DNA from: a virus
Taxonomy: Duplodnaviria > Caudoviricetes
DNA length: 38,734 nt
Strand: one strand, 5' to 3'
IMG/VR virus record: IMGVR_UViG_3300022178_003667
Coordinates: 1-38,734 of that record
Both the position numbers and the translations under genes were made by a program. Shown in pieces: positions 17,651-27,827 of this stretch. Under the pieces are notes generated by a model that saw nothing but the letters and a program-made list of their open reading frames with translations, had not been told where the DNA came from and made no database searches. How positions within the stretch are numbered: position 1 is the stretch's first letter; each line of letters opens with the position of its first letter.

Positions 17651-18361
17651 ATGAATCATAGTTTAGAGCTAAAAATACCAAAGACATTAAGGAACATAAG
17701 ATTACATCAATGGGTTAAGTTTTTAGATATTTATGAGAAAAATAAAGATTCAGAAAACCAAGAGTTTTTAAATAAGAAGGTTTTAGAGATATTTTGCGGT
17801 GTTTCTTTGAAAGAAATATATAAAATACCAATATCTAGCTTTGATGCTGTATTAAGTCATATATACAACTTGTTAAACTCTAATACACCTTTAATTAGAA
17901 CATTTAAACTGAAAGGAGTTGATGATGTAGAGGTGGAGTTCGGTTTTATACCCAACCTAGACAAAATGTCTTATGGAGAGTGGGAAGATTTAGAGAATTA
18001 CATACATGAACCTAAGAATCTACATAAAGCAATGGCTGTATTATACAGACCAATAGCCTTTAAGAAGAAAGATAGGTACTTAATTCACGAATATAAAGGA
18101 AGTGAAGAGTATTCGGAAGTAATGAAGGATATGCCAATAGATGTAGCTCTAGGTGCTAAGGTTTTTTTTTATCGTTTAGCGAGAAAATTAGGGGATTATA
18201 CGATGGCTTATACTCTGAAAGAGTTACAGGAGAGAGAGGAGAATCACTTAAACGAGGATTCGGAAAAAAATGGGGAAGTTATCAAGCAATATTTGAACTC
18301 GCTGGAGGTGATGTCGGAAAAATTGACGAGGTTACAAAGCTTCCAGTACACCAATGTTTAA
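17651..18361 (+). CDS. Tail assembly chaperone (G-like)
   Basis: 236 aa with an internal T9 slippery run and an open -1 frame. Confidence 0.6.
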   Translation: MNHSLELKIPKTLRNIRLHQWVKFLDIYEKNKDSENQEFLNKKVLEIFCGVSLKEIYKIPISSFDAVLSHIYNLLNSNTPLIRTFKLKGVDDVEVEFGFIPNLDKMSYGEWEDLENYIHEPKNLHKAMAVLYRPIAFKKKDRYLIHEYKGSEEYSEVMKDMPIDVALGAKVFFYRLARKLGDYTMAYTLKELQEREENHLNEDSEKNGEVIKQYLNSLEVMSEKLTRLQSFQYTNV

Positions 18362-18429
18362 TGTATTTAGAGTACGTTAAAGAAAGAAATGAGTTAGAAA
18401 ATAAAATGGCAAAACAAGCACTAAGATAA
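18163..18429 (+). CDS. -1 frameshift extension of the tail chaperone (GT-like)
   Basis: T TTT TTT at 18163-18169; -1 frame open to TAA 18427-18429 (…FGKKWGSYQAIFELAGGD…LMYLEY…), TAATG-coupled to the next gene. Confidence 0.7.
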   Translation, partial: FFLSFSEKIRGLYDGLYSERVTGERGESLKRGFGKKWGSYQAIFELAGGDVGKIDEVTKLPVHQCLMYLEYVKERNELENKMAKQALR

Positions 18430-18887
18430 TGAACCATGTTTACAATATATTAGACGTTATAAAAGACGAATTAAGAGCAAATCCATCAGTAAATACTGTT
18501 ACTTATGGTGATATAGCAGATATAGACCTAGATAAGACTACAATGTTTCCATTATCACACATTTTAATAGAGAGTGCTGTTTATGGAGAAAGAACGGTAA
18601 CTTTTACTATAAAGATATTATGTGCGGACATTATTGACTACAACAAGTTTAAGAGTGATTTTGATGATTTCTACGGAAATGACAACCTACACGATGTTAC
18701 AAATACACAGTTCGAGGTCATAAACTCATTAATAATGAAACTAACTAGAGGTGATTTATTTGCAGGTAACTATCAAGTAACTACAAGACCTTCCGCAGAG
18801 CCATTTAAAGAGCGTTTTGCGAACGTTTTAGCAGGATGGAGTGTTTCTTTTCAGGTAGAGGTTCAAAATGGCATAAGCATCTGTTAA
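18429..18887 (+). CDS. Putative tail terminator/completion protein
   Basis: 152 aa; FPLSH...PFKERF.N.LAGW; synteny. Confidence 0.5.
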   Translation: MNHVYNILDVIKDELRANPSVNTVTYGDIADIDLDKTTMFPLSHILIESAVYGERTVTFTIKILCADIIDYNKFKSDFDDFYGNDNLHDVTNTQFEVINSLIMKLTRGDLFAGNYQVTTRPSAEPFKERFANVLAGWSVSFQVEVQNGISIC

Positions 18888-18888
18888 A

Positions 18889-19404
18889 ATGGATGAAAAC
18901 CTAAACATAGGGTTAGAGACTGTAGGTAAACTTATAACAGACAAGTTAAAGGTTGTTGCTAAGGAGGATGGGTTTTATTCATCAGGTAAACTAGATAATG
19001 CTTTTAGGTATGAAGCAGCGGCAAATAACCTAGCTATTTTTAGTGCTAAATATGCAAGAGCCTTATCTGACGGAGTTACTAAAGACAAGTCTTACTCTAA
19101 AGTAGGTGAGGATTTTAAAAATTCTATACTTAAATGGGCAAAAATTAAAGGAATGAGACCTAACACTAGAAATAGCAAAGGTCAATTCAGTAAAATAAAA
19201 GATTATCATTGGAACTCAATGGCTATAGCGTTAGCTATAGGTATAAGAAGAAATGGTATTTCTAAAAGATTTGGATATAAAGGTAGTGGATTCTTTGATA
19301 CTATGCAAGACCAATTAAAGGAACAAATAAGAACAATCCTAAGTGATAGTTATAAAATGGATTTAAAAACACAAATAAGAAAAGATGGCATTAATACTAA
19401 CTAG
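18889..19404 (+). CDS. Putative neck/tail completion protein
   Basis: Basic; SGKL...ILKWAKIKG...GIRRNGI pattern. Confidence 0.5.
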   Translation: MDENLNIGLETVGKLITDKLKVVAKEDGFYSSGKLDNAFRYEAAANNLAIFSAKYARALSDGVTKDKSYSKVGEDFKNSILKWAKIKGMRPNTRNSKGQFSKIKDYHWNSMAIALAIGIRRNGISKRFGYKGSGFFDTMQDQLKEQIRTILSDSYKMDLKTQIRKDGINTN

Positions 19405-20584
19405 GAGTCCATATTATATAAGTAGAGCTAATTTAGATGATGGAGCTGTATTGACATTAGATATAGGTAATATTGATGTTTTTGACTTTAATATATTTAA
19501 AACATATACTTTAAATTTCAGGTCTAAACTATTTGTAGACATCTCTCCATTAATAAGGGATTGGTTTGAAGCCACGTATACATATAACACATCTCAATAT
19601 GATGTAGATAAAGGACAGAAAAATATAGTATATGTAAGAACAACTTTAGCTGGTAATATAAGTGGTGTTTCTCAGACTTCAATAGAAGGAGAGTATTTTG
19701 CTACTGATGGTTACCTGTATGGTACTGATGACTACAACGAAGATAAAAGTGATTTTCTTAGGAAAAATGCTTACTATACAGGAAGTTCAGACACGATATA
19801 TAAGTTAGACGATTCTAATATTAGATTAACATTCTTAAAAACAGATGATGATTTAATACCTGTATTCCCAATACCTACAAATCCTGTTTACATAAAGTAT
19901 TACAATAAAGGAGTTGTGGTACAAGAAAACCAATTCTTTCCAGATGATGACGATTCTGAAACTTACTACGAAACTGTATCTAACTTAGATTACGACTCTT
20001 ATAAAGCTAGAGTTTCTAGCGATAGCGGTACTTTTGAAATTTCAAAGTGCTTAAACTCATTCTTCAGGGAGTTTAGTTTAGATGAGGTAGATGAGATATT
20101 ACTATCATCACAGCCTTACGGTTTTACAGACAATATTGTGAAAAAAATAAAAGTAAATACAATATCGGAATGCAAATACACTCCTTACAGAATAACCTTT
20201 AAAAACAGATTTGGTGCTGATGAGGATTTATGGTTTTTCAAGAAGTCATCTAAATCACTAAAGGTTTCAAAAGAAGATTTTAGGTCTAATGAGTTTAAGG
20301 CATATAATGCAGGAGAGACAACTAGACAAATGCAACAATACAATAAAAATGGAAGAGAGTTATTGACGTTAAATTCTGGATTTGTTGTAGAAGAATTAAA
20401 TAAATCATTTAAACAATTAATGTTATCAGAGGAAGTTACTTTATACGACTTTAAGAATGACATTACAAGTGCTGTTAATATAACAAACGGAGAGCTAGAG
20501 TACAAAACGGTAACAAACGATAAATTGATAAATTACACGATAGATGTGGAATTTGCTAATGATGTAATAAATAACATTGTTTAA
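19385..20584 (+). CDS. Putative distal tail/baseplate protein
   Basis: RSPY...ECKYTPY.ITF.N.FG...LNSGFV; tail module. Confidence 0.55.
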   Translation: MALILTRSPYYISRANLDDGAVLTLDIGNIDVFDFNIFKTYTLNFRSKLFVDISPLIRDWFEATYTYNTSQYDVDKGQKNIVYVRTTLAGNISGVSQTSIEGEYFATDGYLYGTDDYNEDKSDFLRKNAYYTGSSDTIYKLDDSNIRLTFLKTDDDLIPVFPIPTNPVYIKYYNKGVVVQENQFFPDDDDSETYYETVSNLDYDSYKARVSSDSGTFEISKCLNSFFREFSLDEVDEILLSSQPYGFTDNIVKKIKVNTISECKYTPYRITFKNRFGADEDLWFFKKSSKSLKVSKEDFRSNEFKAYNAGETTRQMQQYNKNGRELLTLNSGFVVEELNKSFKQLMLSEEVTLYDFKNDITSAVNITNGELEYKTVTNDKLINYTIDVEFANDVINNIV

Positions 20585-23355
20585 TGAGATTACAACCACA
20601 ATTATATATAGATACTAGCGGAAACCCTTTAGGAGAGCCTAATTTTGAGAGGGTAGATTTCTTTAACTTTGAAGAAATAGAATTAACATCGTCTATACAA
20701 GATGTTAGAGATATATCTAAGGTGTTCACAGATTTCTCACAAGAGTTTTCTCTACCTGCATCTAAAACTAATAATAAGATATTTAAGCACTACTATAATG
20801 TTAGTATAGATAACGGATTTGATGCTAGAATAAAGCAAAAAGCAGAGATTTACTTAAATGGTTTGTTTTTTAGGTCTGGATATATTAGACTATCTGAATC
20901 TGTGGTTAAAAATGGTTCTGTTTACTCGTATAGGGTAACTTTCTTTGGAGGTATGACAAACCTAAAAAATATAATAGGCGATACAGAGTTATCAAGCCTA
21001 ACTACATTAGATAAATACAATCACGAATACAATATAGATAACGTTTATGATGGTTTTAAGACAGGTTTAGGTCTTGAAGGTGATACTATGGTATTGTCTG
21101 AAAACAGAGACGTAATATACCCATCTATATCAGCATTAAATAAGTGGTTTTATGATAGTTCTGGAGAGAGTGCGCCATCTAGTTTAGTTTTTGCACAAGG
21201 GAAATCTACAAACCTTTATGACTCTAACTTAGACGGTTCTCATGGGTTAGATTTTACAGACCTAAAACCAGCTATAAAAGTAAAGCATATTGTTTCGGCA
21301 ATACAAGATAAGTACGCAAGTATAAACTTTTCTGATGATTTCTTTGGTTCGGAGCATTTTGACAAGGCTTATATGTTGCTTCACAACTCTAAAGGATTAC
21401 TTGCACCAACATCAAATCCTGATACTTCTGCATCTATAACTTACAGAGTTGGTACTAATGATGAGGATTCTGATTTTGAGCTAGATGTTACTTATCAAGA
21501 GCAGAGACCGATGGAAACGTTTTGGGAAAATGGAGGTTTGTTAAAAACAGATGTTCAGCAGTATCATATTATACCTAGCGTAACTGTATTATCTCCATTA
21601 ACAGGTAATTTATACACTATAGAGGTTTTAGACGGAACTAATGTTATTGCTAAGGCAGAAAATGTAACAGGAGATAACAGCTTAACGGCTATATTGTGTT
21701 CTGAGAACGTAAAGATATGGGATGATATATCTGTAAGAATAAGCTCTAATGGGTTTTTGAATACTTATGAGTTAGATTTAGAAATAAAACAAGTTAGATA
21801 TAGAACAGACTCTATAAGTGTATCTTGTGATGGCGCAGGAATACCTAGCGACACATTATCTTCTTTTTACTCTACATTTGTAGGTACGCAAGTGCTTTTA
21901 AGTAAAATTGAAATAACAAAGAATGTTCCTAAAATGAAGATTTTAGACTTCTTGAAAGGGCTGTATAATGCCTTTAATTTAACATCTTTTGTGGATGATA
22001 ATGGTGTTATTGTAGTGAAACCACTTCCAGAATATTACAATGACGGAAACACTATAGATATAACTAAATTTGTAGATAACGAAGATATTTCTGTAAAAAG
22101 AATGAGTCTTTACAAGAATGTAGAATTTAAGTTCTCTGAGCCTAAAACTTTTGGTATTATAAATAAAAACGAAATATCACAAGTAGAGTTTGGGGATTTG
22201 GAATTTGAGTCTTCTGCTGACGGTACTAACTCTAGTTTAATATTTGACGGTAAGAACTACAAAATACAACTACCTTTTGAGAAAATGTATTTCGAGAGGC
22301 TTTCTGACGAAAATGATTTACAAGACTTTACACCTATGAGTAATGGATGGTTAGCTGATAGTAACCAAAGCCCTACTATCACAAAACCTATATTGTTTTA
22401 CAATATTTCACAAGCTGTTAGTTTTTCTAGTTACAAGTTAGGGTTTTTAAGTAAAGGGGGTTTTTCTACATATAACAGGGCTAGTAATAATACGCTAACA
22501 AGAGACAGAAGTTTGAATTTTGGTATTGAGTTTGATGAATTTTCAGGGTTAGAAGTAACCAATAGTTTGTTTAGTCGGTATTATAGCGAATACATATCTA
22601 CTATATTTGACAAGCGGACTAGAATATTTGACTTAAAAATGAAGGCTAATCTAGGTTTTTTACTAGACTATAATTTAAACGATACCTTGCTAGTTAAGGG
22701 AGAGGAGTTTATCATAAACAACATAAGGACTAATCTAACTACAGGTTTAACGGATATTGAGTTAATACTTAAATTCCCTACGGTAGTTCCTTCGGTAGTG
22801 CCTAGTTCACCACCAACAACACCTACTGATTTAACATTAGCTTTTGCTGGTAACTATAGTTTGACATTTAATTGGGGTGCTAGTACGGATGATTCTGAGT
22901 TGGTTGGTTATAATATTTATATTGATAGCGTTCTTTATGATACAATAGCGGTATTTACAGAATATACTGCTTTTAATTTAGATATAAATACATCTTATCA
23001 GATTCAAGTATCTGCGTTAGATGATGACGGAAACGAGTCTTCATTAACATCTATTGTTGCAATGAGTACAACTAATACAAGAGATGTAGTACCTCCATCA
23101 CAACCTCAAAACATTAGATATAGTAATATCTCTGATACTACCATAAACTTAGAATGGGATGCTAGTACAGATAATATTGGTGTTGTTGGATATGATATTT
23201 ACATAGACGGAGTGAATACTTACACAGTAGCAGGGTTAAGTAAAGAGATTACATTATTAACATCAAGAACAGATTACTTGGTTAAAGTACAAGCGGTAGA
23301 TGGCGCAGGTAACGTGTCTATCTTTAGTGATACATTAAATATACAAACATTATGA
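20584..23355 (+). CDS. Tail hub/baseplate protein with two C-terminal fibronectin type III domains
   Basis: FTDFSQEFSLPASKTNNKIFKH N-terminus; two FN3 repeats (W.ASTD...GY.IY...Y..QV.A.D..GN.S). Confidence 0.75.
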   Translation: MRLQPQLYIDTSGNPLGEPNFERVDFFNFEEIELTSSIQDVRDISKVFTDFSQEFSLPASKTNNKIFKHYYNVSIDNGFDARIKQKAEIYLNGLFFRSGYIRLSESVVKNGSVYSYRVTFFGGMTNLKNIIGDTELSSLTTLDKYNHEYNIDNVYDGFKTGLGLEGDTMVLSENRDVIYPSISALNKWFYDSSGESAPSSLVFAQGKSTNLYDSNLDGSHGLDFTDLKPAIKVKHIVSAIQDKYASINFSDDFFGSEHFDKAYMLLHNSKGLLAPTSNPDTSASITYRVGTNDEDSDFELDVTYQEQRPMETFWENGGLLKTDVQQYHIIPSVTVLSPLTGNLYTIEVLDGTNVIAKAENVTGDNSLTAILCSENVKIWDDISVRISSNGFLNTYELDLEIKQVRYRTDSISVSCDGAGIPSDTLSSFYSTFVGTQVLLSKIEITKNVPKMKILDFLKGLYNAFNLTSFVDDNGVIVVKPLPEYYNDGNTIDITKFVDNEDISVKRMSLYKNVEFKFSEPKTFGIINKNEISQVEFGDLEFESSADGTNSSLIFDGKNYKIQLPFEKMYFERLSDENDLQDFTPMSNGWLADSNQSPTITKPILFYNISQAVSFSSYKLGFLSKGGFSTYNRASNNTLTRDRSLNFGIEFDEFSGLEVTNSLFSRYYSEYISTIFDKRTRIFDLKMKANLGFLLDYNLNDTLLVKGEEFIINNIRTNLTTGLTDIELILKFPTVVPSVVPSSPPTTPTDLTLAFAGNYSLTFNWGASTDDSELVGYNIYIDSVLYDTIAVFTEYTAFNLDINTSYQIQVSALDDDGNESSLTSIVAMSTTNTRDVVPPSQPQNIRYSNISDTTINLEWDASTDNIGVVGYDIYIDGVNTYTVAGLSKEITLLTSRTDYLVKVQAVDGAGNVSIFSDTLNIQTL

Positions 23356-23504
23356 TAAGAGATATGTTAGATTTATTAGCTAGTAATGATTGGCTAGTAC
23401 AAGATGAAGATATGCAAATAGCTAAAGGGTTATACGAATACCCTTTAACATTTAAGGAATTAAAAATGAGTATTAAACGTAGAAAAGCACTAAATGGCAG
23501 ATAA
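23352..23504 (+). CDS. Small hypothetical protein (50 aa)
   Basis: ATGA-coupled; MIRDMLDLL...IAKGLYEYP. Confidence 0.5.
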   Translation: MIRDMLDLLASNDWLVQDEDMQIAKGLYEYPLTFKELKMSIKRRKALNGR

Positions 23505-25824
23505 TACAGAGTTCATCACGTATCAAATTCAAGTAGATACTAAGAGTGGTAAGATAAACGTAGATAATATAACTAAAGGGTTTACCGAGGCTAACTCAGC
23601 ATTTAGTAAATTACATAAGGATATTAAGAAGAATATGCCAGACATGGCTGACGCTATGGACACAACCTCTAAAGCTACAGGTGGTGCTACTGCTTCTGTA
23701 ATGGAGATGAGTAGGGTTGTTTCTGATATGCCTTATGGTATTCGAGGTGTTGCAAACAACCTTACGCAGTTGGTTTCTCAGTTTGGATTTACCGCTAAAG
23801 CTGCTGGTGGTGCTAAAGCTGCGTTAAAAGAGATGGGTAAGCTAATGCTAGGCCCGTTAGGTATTGTGTTTGCAATAACTGCTGTAATATCTGCATTAGA
23901 CTATTTTTACGGAGCGCAAAAGAAAGCAGAAGATAGTGCTAAAGATTTAACGCAAGAATTACAAAAACAAGTAGATGTTTTAGAAGCACACAATACAGCG
24001 TTAGATAGAGATAATTTATCATTAGAGGATAGGGTTGGTATTATAAAATCACTTTCAGTAACAAGTAATGAGTTTAGAAAAATACTAAAACAAACAAACG
24101 GAAGTTACGAAGAGCAAGTAAAAGCTTTAAGAGACTTGCTTTATGAGAAAAAACAAGAGCTAGTAATAAGAGAGAAGGTTGCTAGGTTTGAAGAAATAGA
24201 GAAAGAATTATCTGAGAGTAGATTTAAAACACTTAAACAAGCTAATGACGAGATTAAGAGGCAGAACGATTTAAGGAAACAGGCATTAAAAGAAGGAGGC
24301 TCTACGTCAGAGGGTGAAAAAATGATAAACGCTATTTACGACAGGAGGGTGTCTCACGCTTTAAAGATTGTAAGGTTAATGGAGGAGGAAAAAAATCTTC
24401 TTACAGATATAAATGGATTAGCTGAAGATGTTAGGATTATTGAGAAGGGGAGTGAGGCTCAATTAAAAGCTGAATTGAATGGATTAAAAGAAAAGCAGTC
24501 CGCTATAGAAGGTCTTACAGACACATGGTATGCTTATGAGTTGGAGATTATAGAGGTTGAGAAAGCGTTAAAAAAAATACAAGATTTTGGTAAAAAAAAT
24601 AAAGGGAGTAAACCCGCTAAAATAAACCCATTTGCAACACCAGAAGAATTAGAGCTTTCAGTAAAAAGTCAATTAGATGCCGTAGATGCGTACAGAAAAA
24701 AGATAGAGATAGCTGAACTAGATGCTGAAAATAAGCGGTTGCTAAAAACCGTAACATCAGAAGAGGAGAAAAAGGCTATTAAGATAAAGTACGAGAAAGA
24801 TAAGTTAGATATTACTTTAAAATACGAGGAGGAGGCTTTAAATAAGAGCAAAAACAAAGAGATAGCTAAATCAACTAATGATTACAATAACTATGTTAAG
24901 TCTTTAGATAAAAAACAAGATATCTTCATAAAGAAAACAAATGAAAACAGTAAGTATGACAAAAAAACTAGAGCTAAACTAATTGCAGACTCGATAAAAG
25001 AAACTGAGGAAGCTAAAACTAAAGCGTTTTTAAATCTAGGAAATAACGTAAAACAAATAGAAGAACAGTACAAACCTCTATTTGAGTTGTTTAGAACATT
25101 AGCAAAAGCTAGGAGAGATGGTATTGGAGGTGATAGTGAAATAGAAACAGAGCAGGAAAGATTACGGAGGTTATATGAAGTTAAGAAGTTTTGGGCTGAC
25201 CAATTCATGAAGGTAGCTAATGGTGCTACTGATTTTATCAATGGAGAATTTGATAGACAACTAGCAACAGAGCGAAACAAAACAAACGCATTAAACAACG
25301 AATTAAATCAAAGACTTCTTAATGAAAATCTTTCCAAGGAAGAAAGAAAAAGAATACAGTTACAGATAGGTGCTAATGACGAGGCTTTAAGAAAAAAGCA
25401 AGAAGCTATTGAGAAAAAGAGGTTTAAATTAAATAAAGCTGCAAATATTGCTAACGCAACAATAAATACATATTTAGCAGCTACTCAAGTTATGTCATCT
25501 TTAACTGTTCCAGCTTGGATGAAAGTACCTATGGCTATAGCTACGGTCTCTAGCGGACTTTTGCAAGTTGCTGCAATAGCTAGGCAAAAGTTTCAATCAT
25601 CAGCAGGAAGTGGTGGTCAAATTGGCGGTGGATTCGGTGGTGGCTCAGGTAGTGGTAATGGAAGAGAATTTAACTTTAATCTAGCAGGTAGTTCTGATAG
25701 AAACCAAATAGCAGAAGCTATAGGTAGTAGGTTTGACCAACCTCTAAGAGCTTATGTAGTGTCAAGAGATGTTACAACACAACAACAGATAGATGCTGAC
25801 ATTAGAAGTAACGCTAGTTTTTAA
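23494..25824 (+). CDS. Tape measure protein
   Basis: 776 aa; SDMPYGIRGVANNLTQL, long coiled coil, hydrophobic segments, C-terminal RAYVVSRDVT. Confidence 0.8.
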   Translation: MADNTEFITYQIQVDTKSGKINVDNITKGFTEANSAFSKLHKDIKKNMPDMADAMDTTSKATGGATASVMEMSRVVSDMPYGIRGVANNLTQLVSQFGFTAKAAGGAKAALKEMGKLMLGPLGIVFAITAVISALDYFYGAQKKAEDSAKDLTQELQKQVDVLEAHNTALDRDNLSLEDRVGIIKSLSVTSNEFRKILKQTNGSYEEQVKALRDLLYEKKQELVIREKVARFEEIEKELSESRFKTLKQANDEIKRQNDLRKQALKEGGSTSEGEKMINAIYDRRVSHALKIVRLMEEEKNLLTDINGLAEDVRIIEKGSEAQLKAELNGLKEKQSAIEGLTDTWYAYELEIIEVEKALKKIQDFGKKNKGSKPAKINPFATPEELELSVKSQLDAVDAYRKKIEIAELDAENKRLLKTVTSEEEKKAIKIKYEKDKLDITLKYEEEALNKSKNKEIAKSTNDYNNYVKSLDKKQDIFIKKTNENSKYDKKTRAKLIADSIKETEEAKTKAFLNLGNNVKQIEEQYKPLFELFRTLAKARRDGIGGDSEIETEQERLRRLYEVKKFWADQFMKVANGATDFINGEFDRQLATERNKTNALNNELNQRLLNENLSKEERKRIQLQIGANDEALRKKQEAIEKKRFKLNKAANIANATINTYLAATQVMSSLTVPAWMKVPMAIATVSSGLLQVAAIARQKFQSSAGSGGQIGGGFGGGSGSGNGREFNFNLAGSSDRNQIAEAIGSRFDQPLRAYVVSRDVTTQQQIDADIRSNASF

Positions 25825-25825
25825 A

Positions 25826-25856
25826 ACAAAAAAGAGCTACAATAAAGCAGCTCTTA
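25826..25856 (-). terminator. Intrinsic terminator with U-tail on the minus strand
   Basis: AAGAGCTGC-TTTATT-GTAGCTCTT-TTTTG. Confidence 0.6.
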
Positions 25857-25902
25857 AATATTTTGAAAAGGATTTTTTACCGGTAAGTTGAAATCCACAA
25901 AT

Positions 25903-25934
25903 CAAATATACAACAAAATAGAATACCAAACAAA
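25903..25934 (-). promoter_or_regulatory. Host-type promoter
   Basis: TTTG-N20-TATATTTG on the minus strand. Confidence 0.5.
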
Positions 25935-25938
25935 TAAA

Positions 25939-25964
25939 ACGTAATAAATTTTTAGAGTTACCTT
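25939..25964 (+). promoter_or_regulatory. Phage late-promoter motif (variant)
   Basis: ACGT-N14-GTTACCTT before the protease gene. Confidence 0.55.
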
Positions 25965-25977
25965 AATAAATATAATT

Positions 25978-26565
25978 ATGAACGAATTAGACACTATAGA
26001 ACTATTTATAGACGAACACTTAGAAGAGGAGGGTATTAATGCAATATCCTTAGTAGAGTTTCCTGCTATTGAAGAAAACTTTGTCGCTTTAAGTAAACAC
26101 GAAGTAGATTTTAAAACTATTGACGAGGATAAAAGAATTATCGTAGGACTAGCTTTAGTGCCTGATAAGAAGATTAAAAGGCGTAAAGGTGATTATATGT
26201 ATAACATTACATTCTCTAAAGATACTGTAAGAAAAGCATCTGAATTATACCTTAAAAGACTTAAAAACAATAATGCAACGCTAGAACACGCAGAACTAAC
26301 TACAGGGGTGTCTGTAATTGAAAGTTGGATAGTGGAAGACCCTAGTAAAGACAAGAGTGCTTTATATGGGTTAAATGCCGTACAAGGTGCTTGGGCGGTT
26401 ACTATGAAGATAGATAATGACGAAGTTTGGGCAGATGTCAAAAACGGAAAGTATTTAGGTTTATCTATAGAGGGTATTTTTAGCGACAAGGTTGAGGATA
26501 TGTCTAGCGATGAAGAAATGACACAATCTGAATTTATAAACGAACTTAAAAAAATACTTCAATAA
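25978..26565 (+). CDS. XkdF-like prohead serine protease
   Basis: AISLVEFPAIE, G.ALVPDK, TLEH, ESWIVED, G.SIEG. Confidence 0.8.
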   Translation: MNELDTIELFIDEHLEEEGINAISLVEFPAIEENFVALSKHEVDFKTIDEDKRIIVGLALVPDKKIKRRKGDYMYNITFSKDTVRKASELYLKRLKNNNATLEHAELTTGVSVIESWIVEDPSKDKSALYGLNAVQGAWAVTMKIDNDEVWADVKNGKYLGLSIEGIFSDKVEDMSSDEEMTQSEFINELKKILQ

Positions 26566-27179
26566 TGGTAAACACAAGCTACAATGTAAGACCTGATAAG
26601 CACACTACATCAGAAATAAGCGCACTAAATCCAGAAAAAGGGGTTATTGTTTATGACACTAATTTAGACGTGTTAAAAGAGTATAACGGAACTGCTTGGG
26701 CTGAATTAAGGTCGGCAGACACCTCTGGATGGGCAAGTTATAATGATACCCAATACACAAGTGGCGCACCTTTTACACTTTCTGCTGATACAGATACAGC
26801 TTTACCTAATAACAAAGGAACAATTTTAGAAACACAAAAACCATCAGATGTAACAACTTTTTATGATGGTACAGTAATTACAGGTAGAAATGGGGATAAT
26901 TTAGACCTACAAATATATTTTAAAGCAACACCATCATCACAAAACCAATGGATAGAAATATGGGTAGATATTGGTGGTTCTGTTGGTGAATTATATCGTC
27001 AAACTTTTTCTTTTCCTAGAGGTACAGGAGTTGAAAGAGGTATTATGTATTCTTTGGCATCTGCATACACTTTAGGAACTTGGGAAGCAAATGGGGGTAC
27101 TGTTTATGTAAGAAGTAATGCAAGTGCTACAATCCATAGTATCGTGTATAATTTTGACCGCTCTCACAAGGCTAGATAA
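26565..27179 (+). CDS. Putative virion accessory/decoration protein
   Basis: Head module; G.IVYDT..Y.G.W fibre-like motif. Confidence 0.5.
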   Translation: MVNTSYNVRPDKHTTSEISALNPEKGVIVYDTNLDVLKEYNGTAWAELRSADTSGWASYNDTQYTSGAPFTLSADTDTALPNNKGTILETQKPSDVTTFYDGTVITGRNGDNLDLQIYFKATPSSQNQWIEIWVDIGGSVGELYRQTFSFPRGTGVERGIMYSLASAYTLGTWEANGGTVYVRSNASATIHSIVYNFDRSHKAR

Positions 27180-27181
27180 GT

Positions 27182-27313
27182 ATGGCAGAAAGAGCTAAAT
27201 ATTGCAAATGTCTAAACACGTACACTATTAAAAAGTGTGAGAAAAAGAAGTGTAAGCAACCTAAATATTGGTCGCAAGGTGTTGGATTTATAGGAGGTAA
27301 AGCTACTGAATAA
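27182..27313 (+). CDS. Small Cys-rich protein (43 aa)
   Basis: MAERAKYCKCLNTY...C...C...QGVG, read manually. Confidence 0.5.
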   Translation: MAERAKYCKCLNTYTIKKCEKKKCKQPKYWSQGVGFIGGKATE

Positions 27314-27326
27314 CCTATAAAATACG

Positions 27327-27353
27327 ACAATTAAATTAAATGAAAGTTATATT
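27327..27353 (+). promoter_or_regulatory. Phage late-promoter motif (N15 variant)
   Basis: ACAA-N15-GTTATATT before scaffold and capsid genes. Confidence 0.6.
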
Positions 27354-27370
27354 AATATAAAACAGTAAGT

Positions 27371-27817
27371 ATGAATTATAAAGAAATCCTAAGTGAAGTT
27401 AAGAATCTTGTAGGTTTAGCTAAAGAAGAGTCGGTTAAAGAAACAAAGGTTGTTGATGAAGTGGTTTTATCTACAGAAGAAGTTACAGACACTAAAGATG
27501 TTGAGTTAGCAGAAGATGTGGTTGAAGAGCCTAAAAAAGAGGTAGAGCAAGTACAAGTTAGTTTTGCAACTAGTGAGGAATTGTCACAAGTTAAACAAGA
27601 GTTATTATCTATGATTAAAGCATTAATCGAAGATAAGTCTGATTCTAAAGAGGCTGATGTACCTGCTAAATTATCTAAAGATGACGTTGAGTTATCAAAC
27701 ATTGAAGAGATTGTTCACTCTCCAGAAGCAAAAACAGAACAAAAAGTACAAAAATCATATATAAATAAACAAGCAATGACAACTGAGCAAAGGGTTGCTT
27801 ATGCGTTAAACAATTAA
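27371..27817 (+). CDS. Capsid scaffolding protein
   Basis: Acidic; HSPE motif; directly before the capsid gene. Confidence 0.65.
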   Translation: MNYKEILSEVKNLVGLAKEESVKETKVVDEVVLSTEEVTDTKDVELAEDVVEEPKKEVEQVQVSFATSEELSQVKQELLSMIKALIEDKSDSKEADVPAKLSKDDVELSNIEEIVHSPEAKTEQKVQKSYINKQAMTTEQRVAYALNN

Positions 27818-27827
27818 AAATTAAGAA

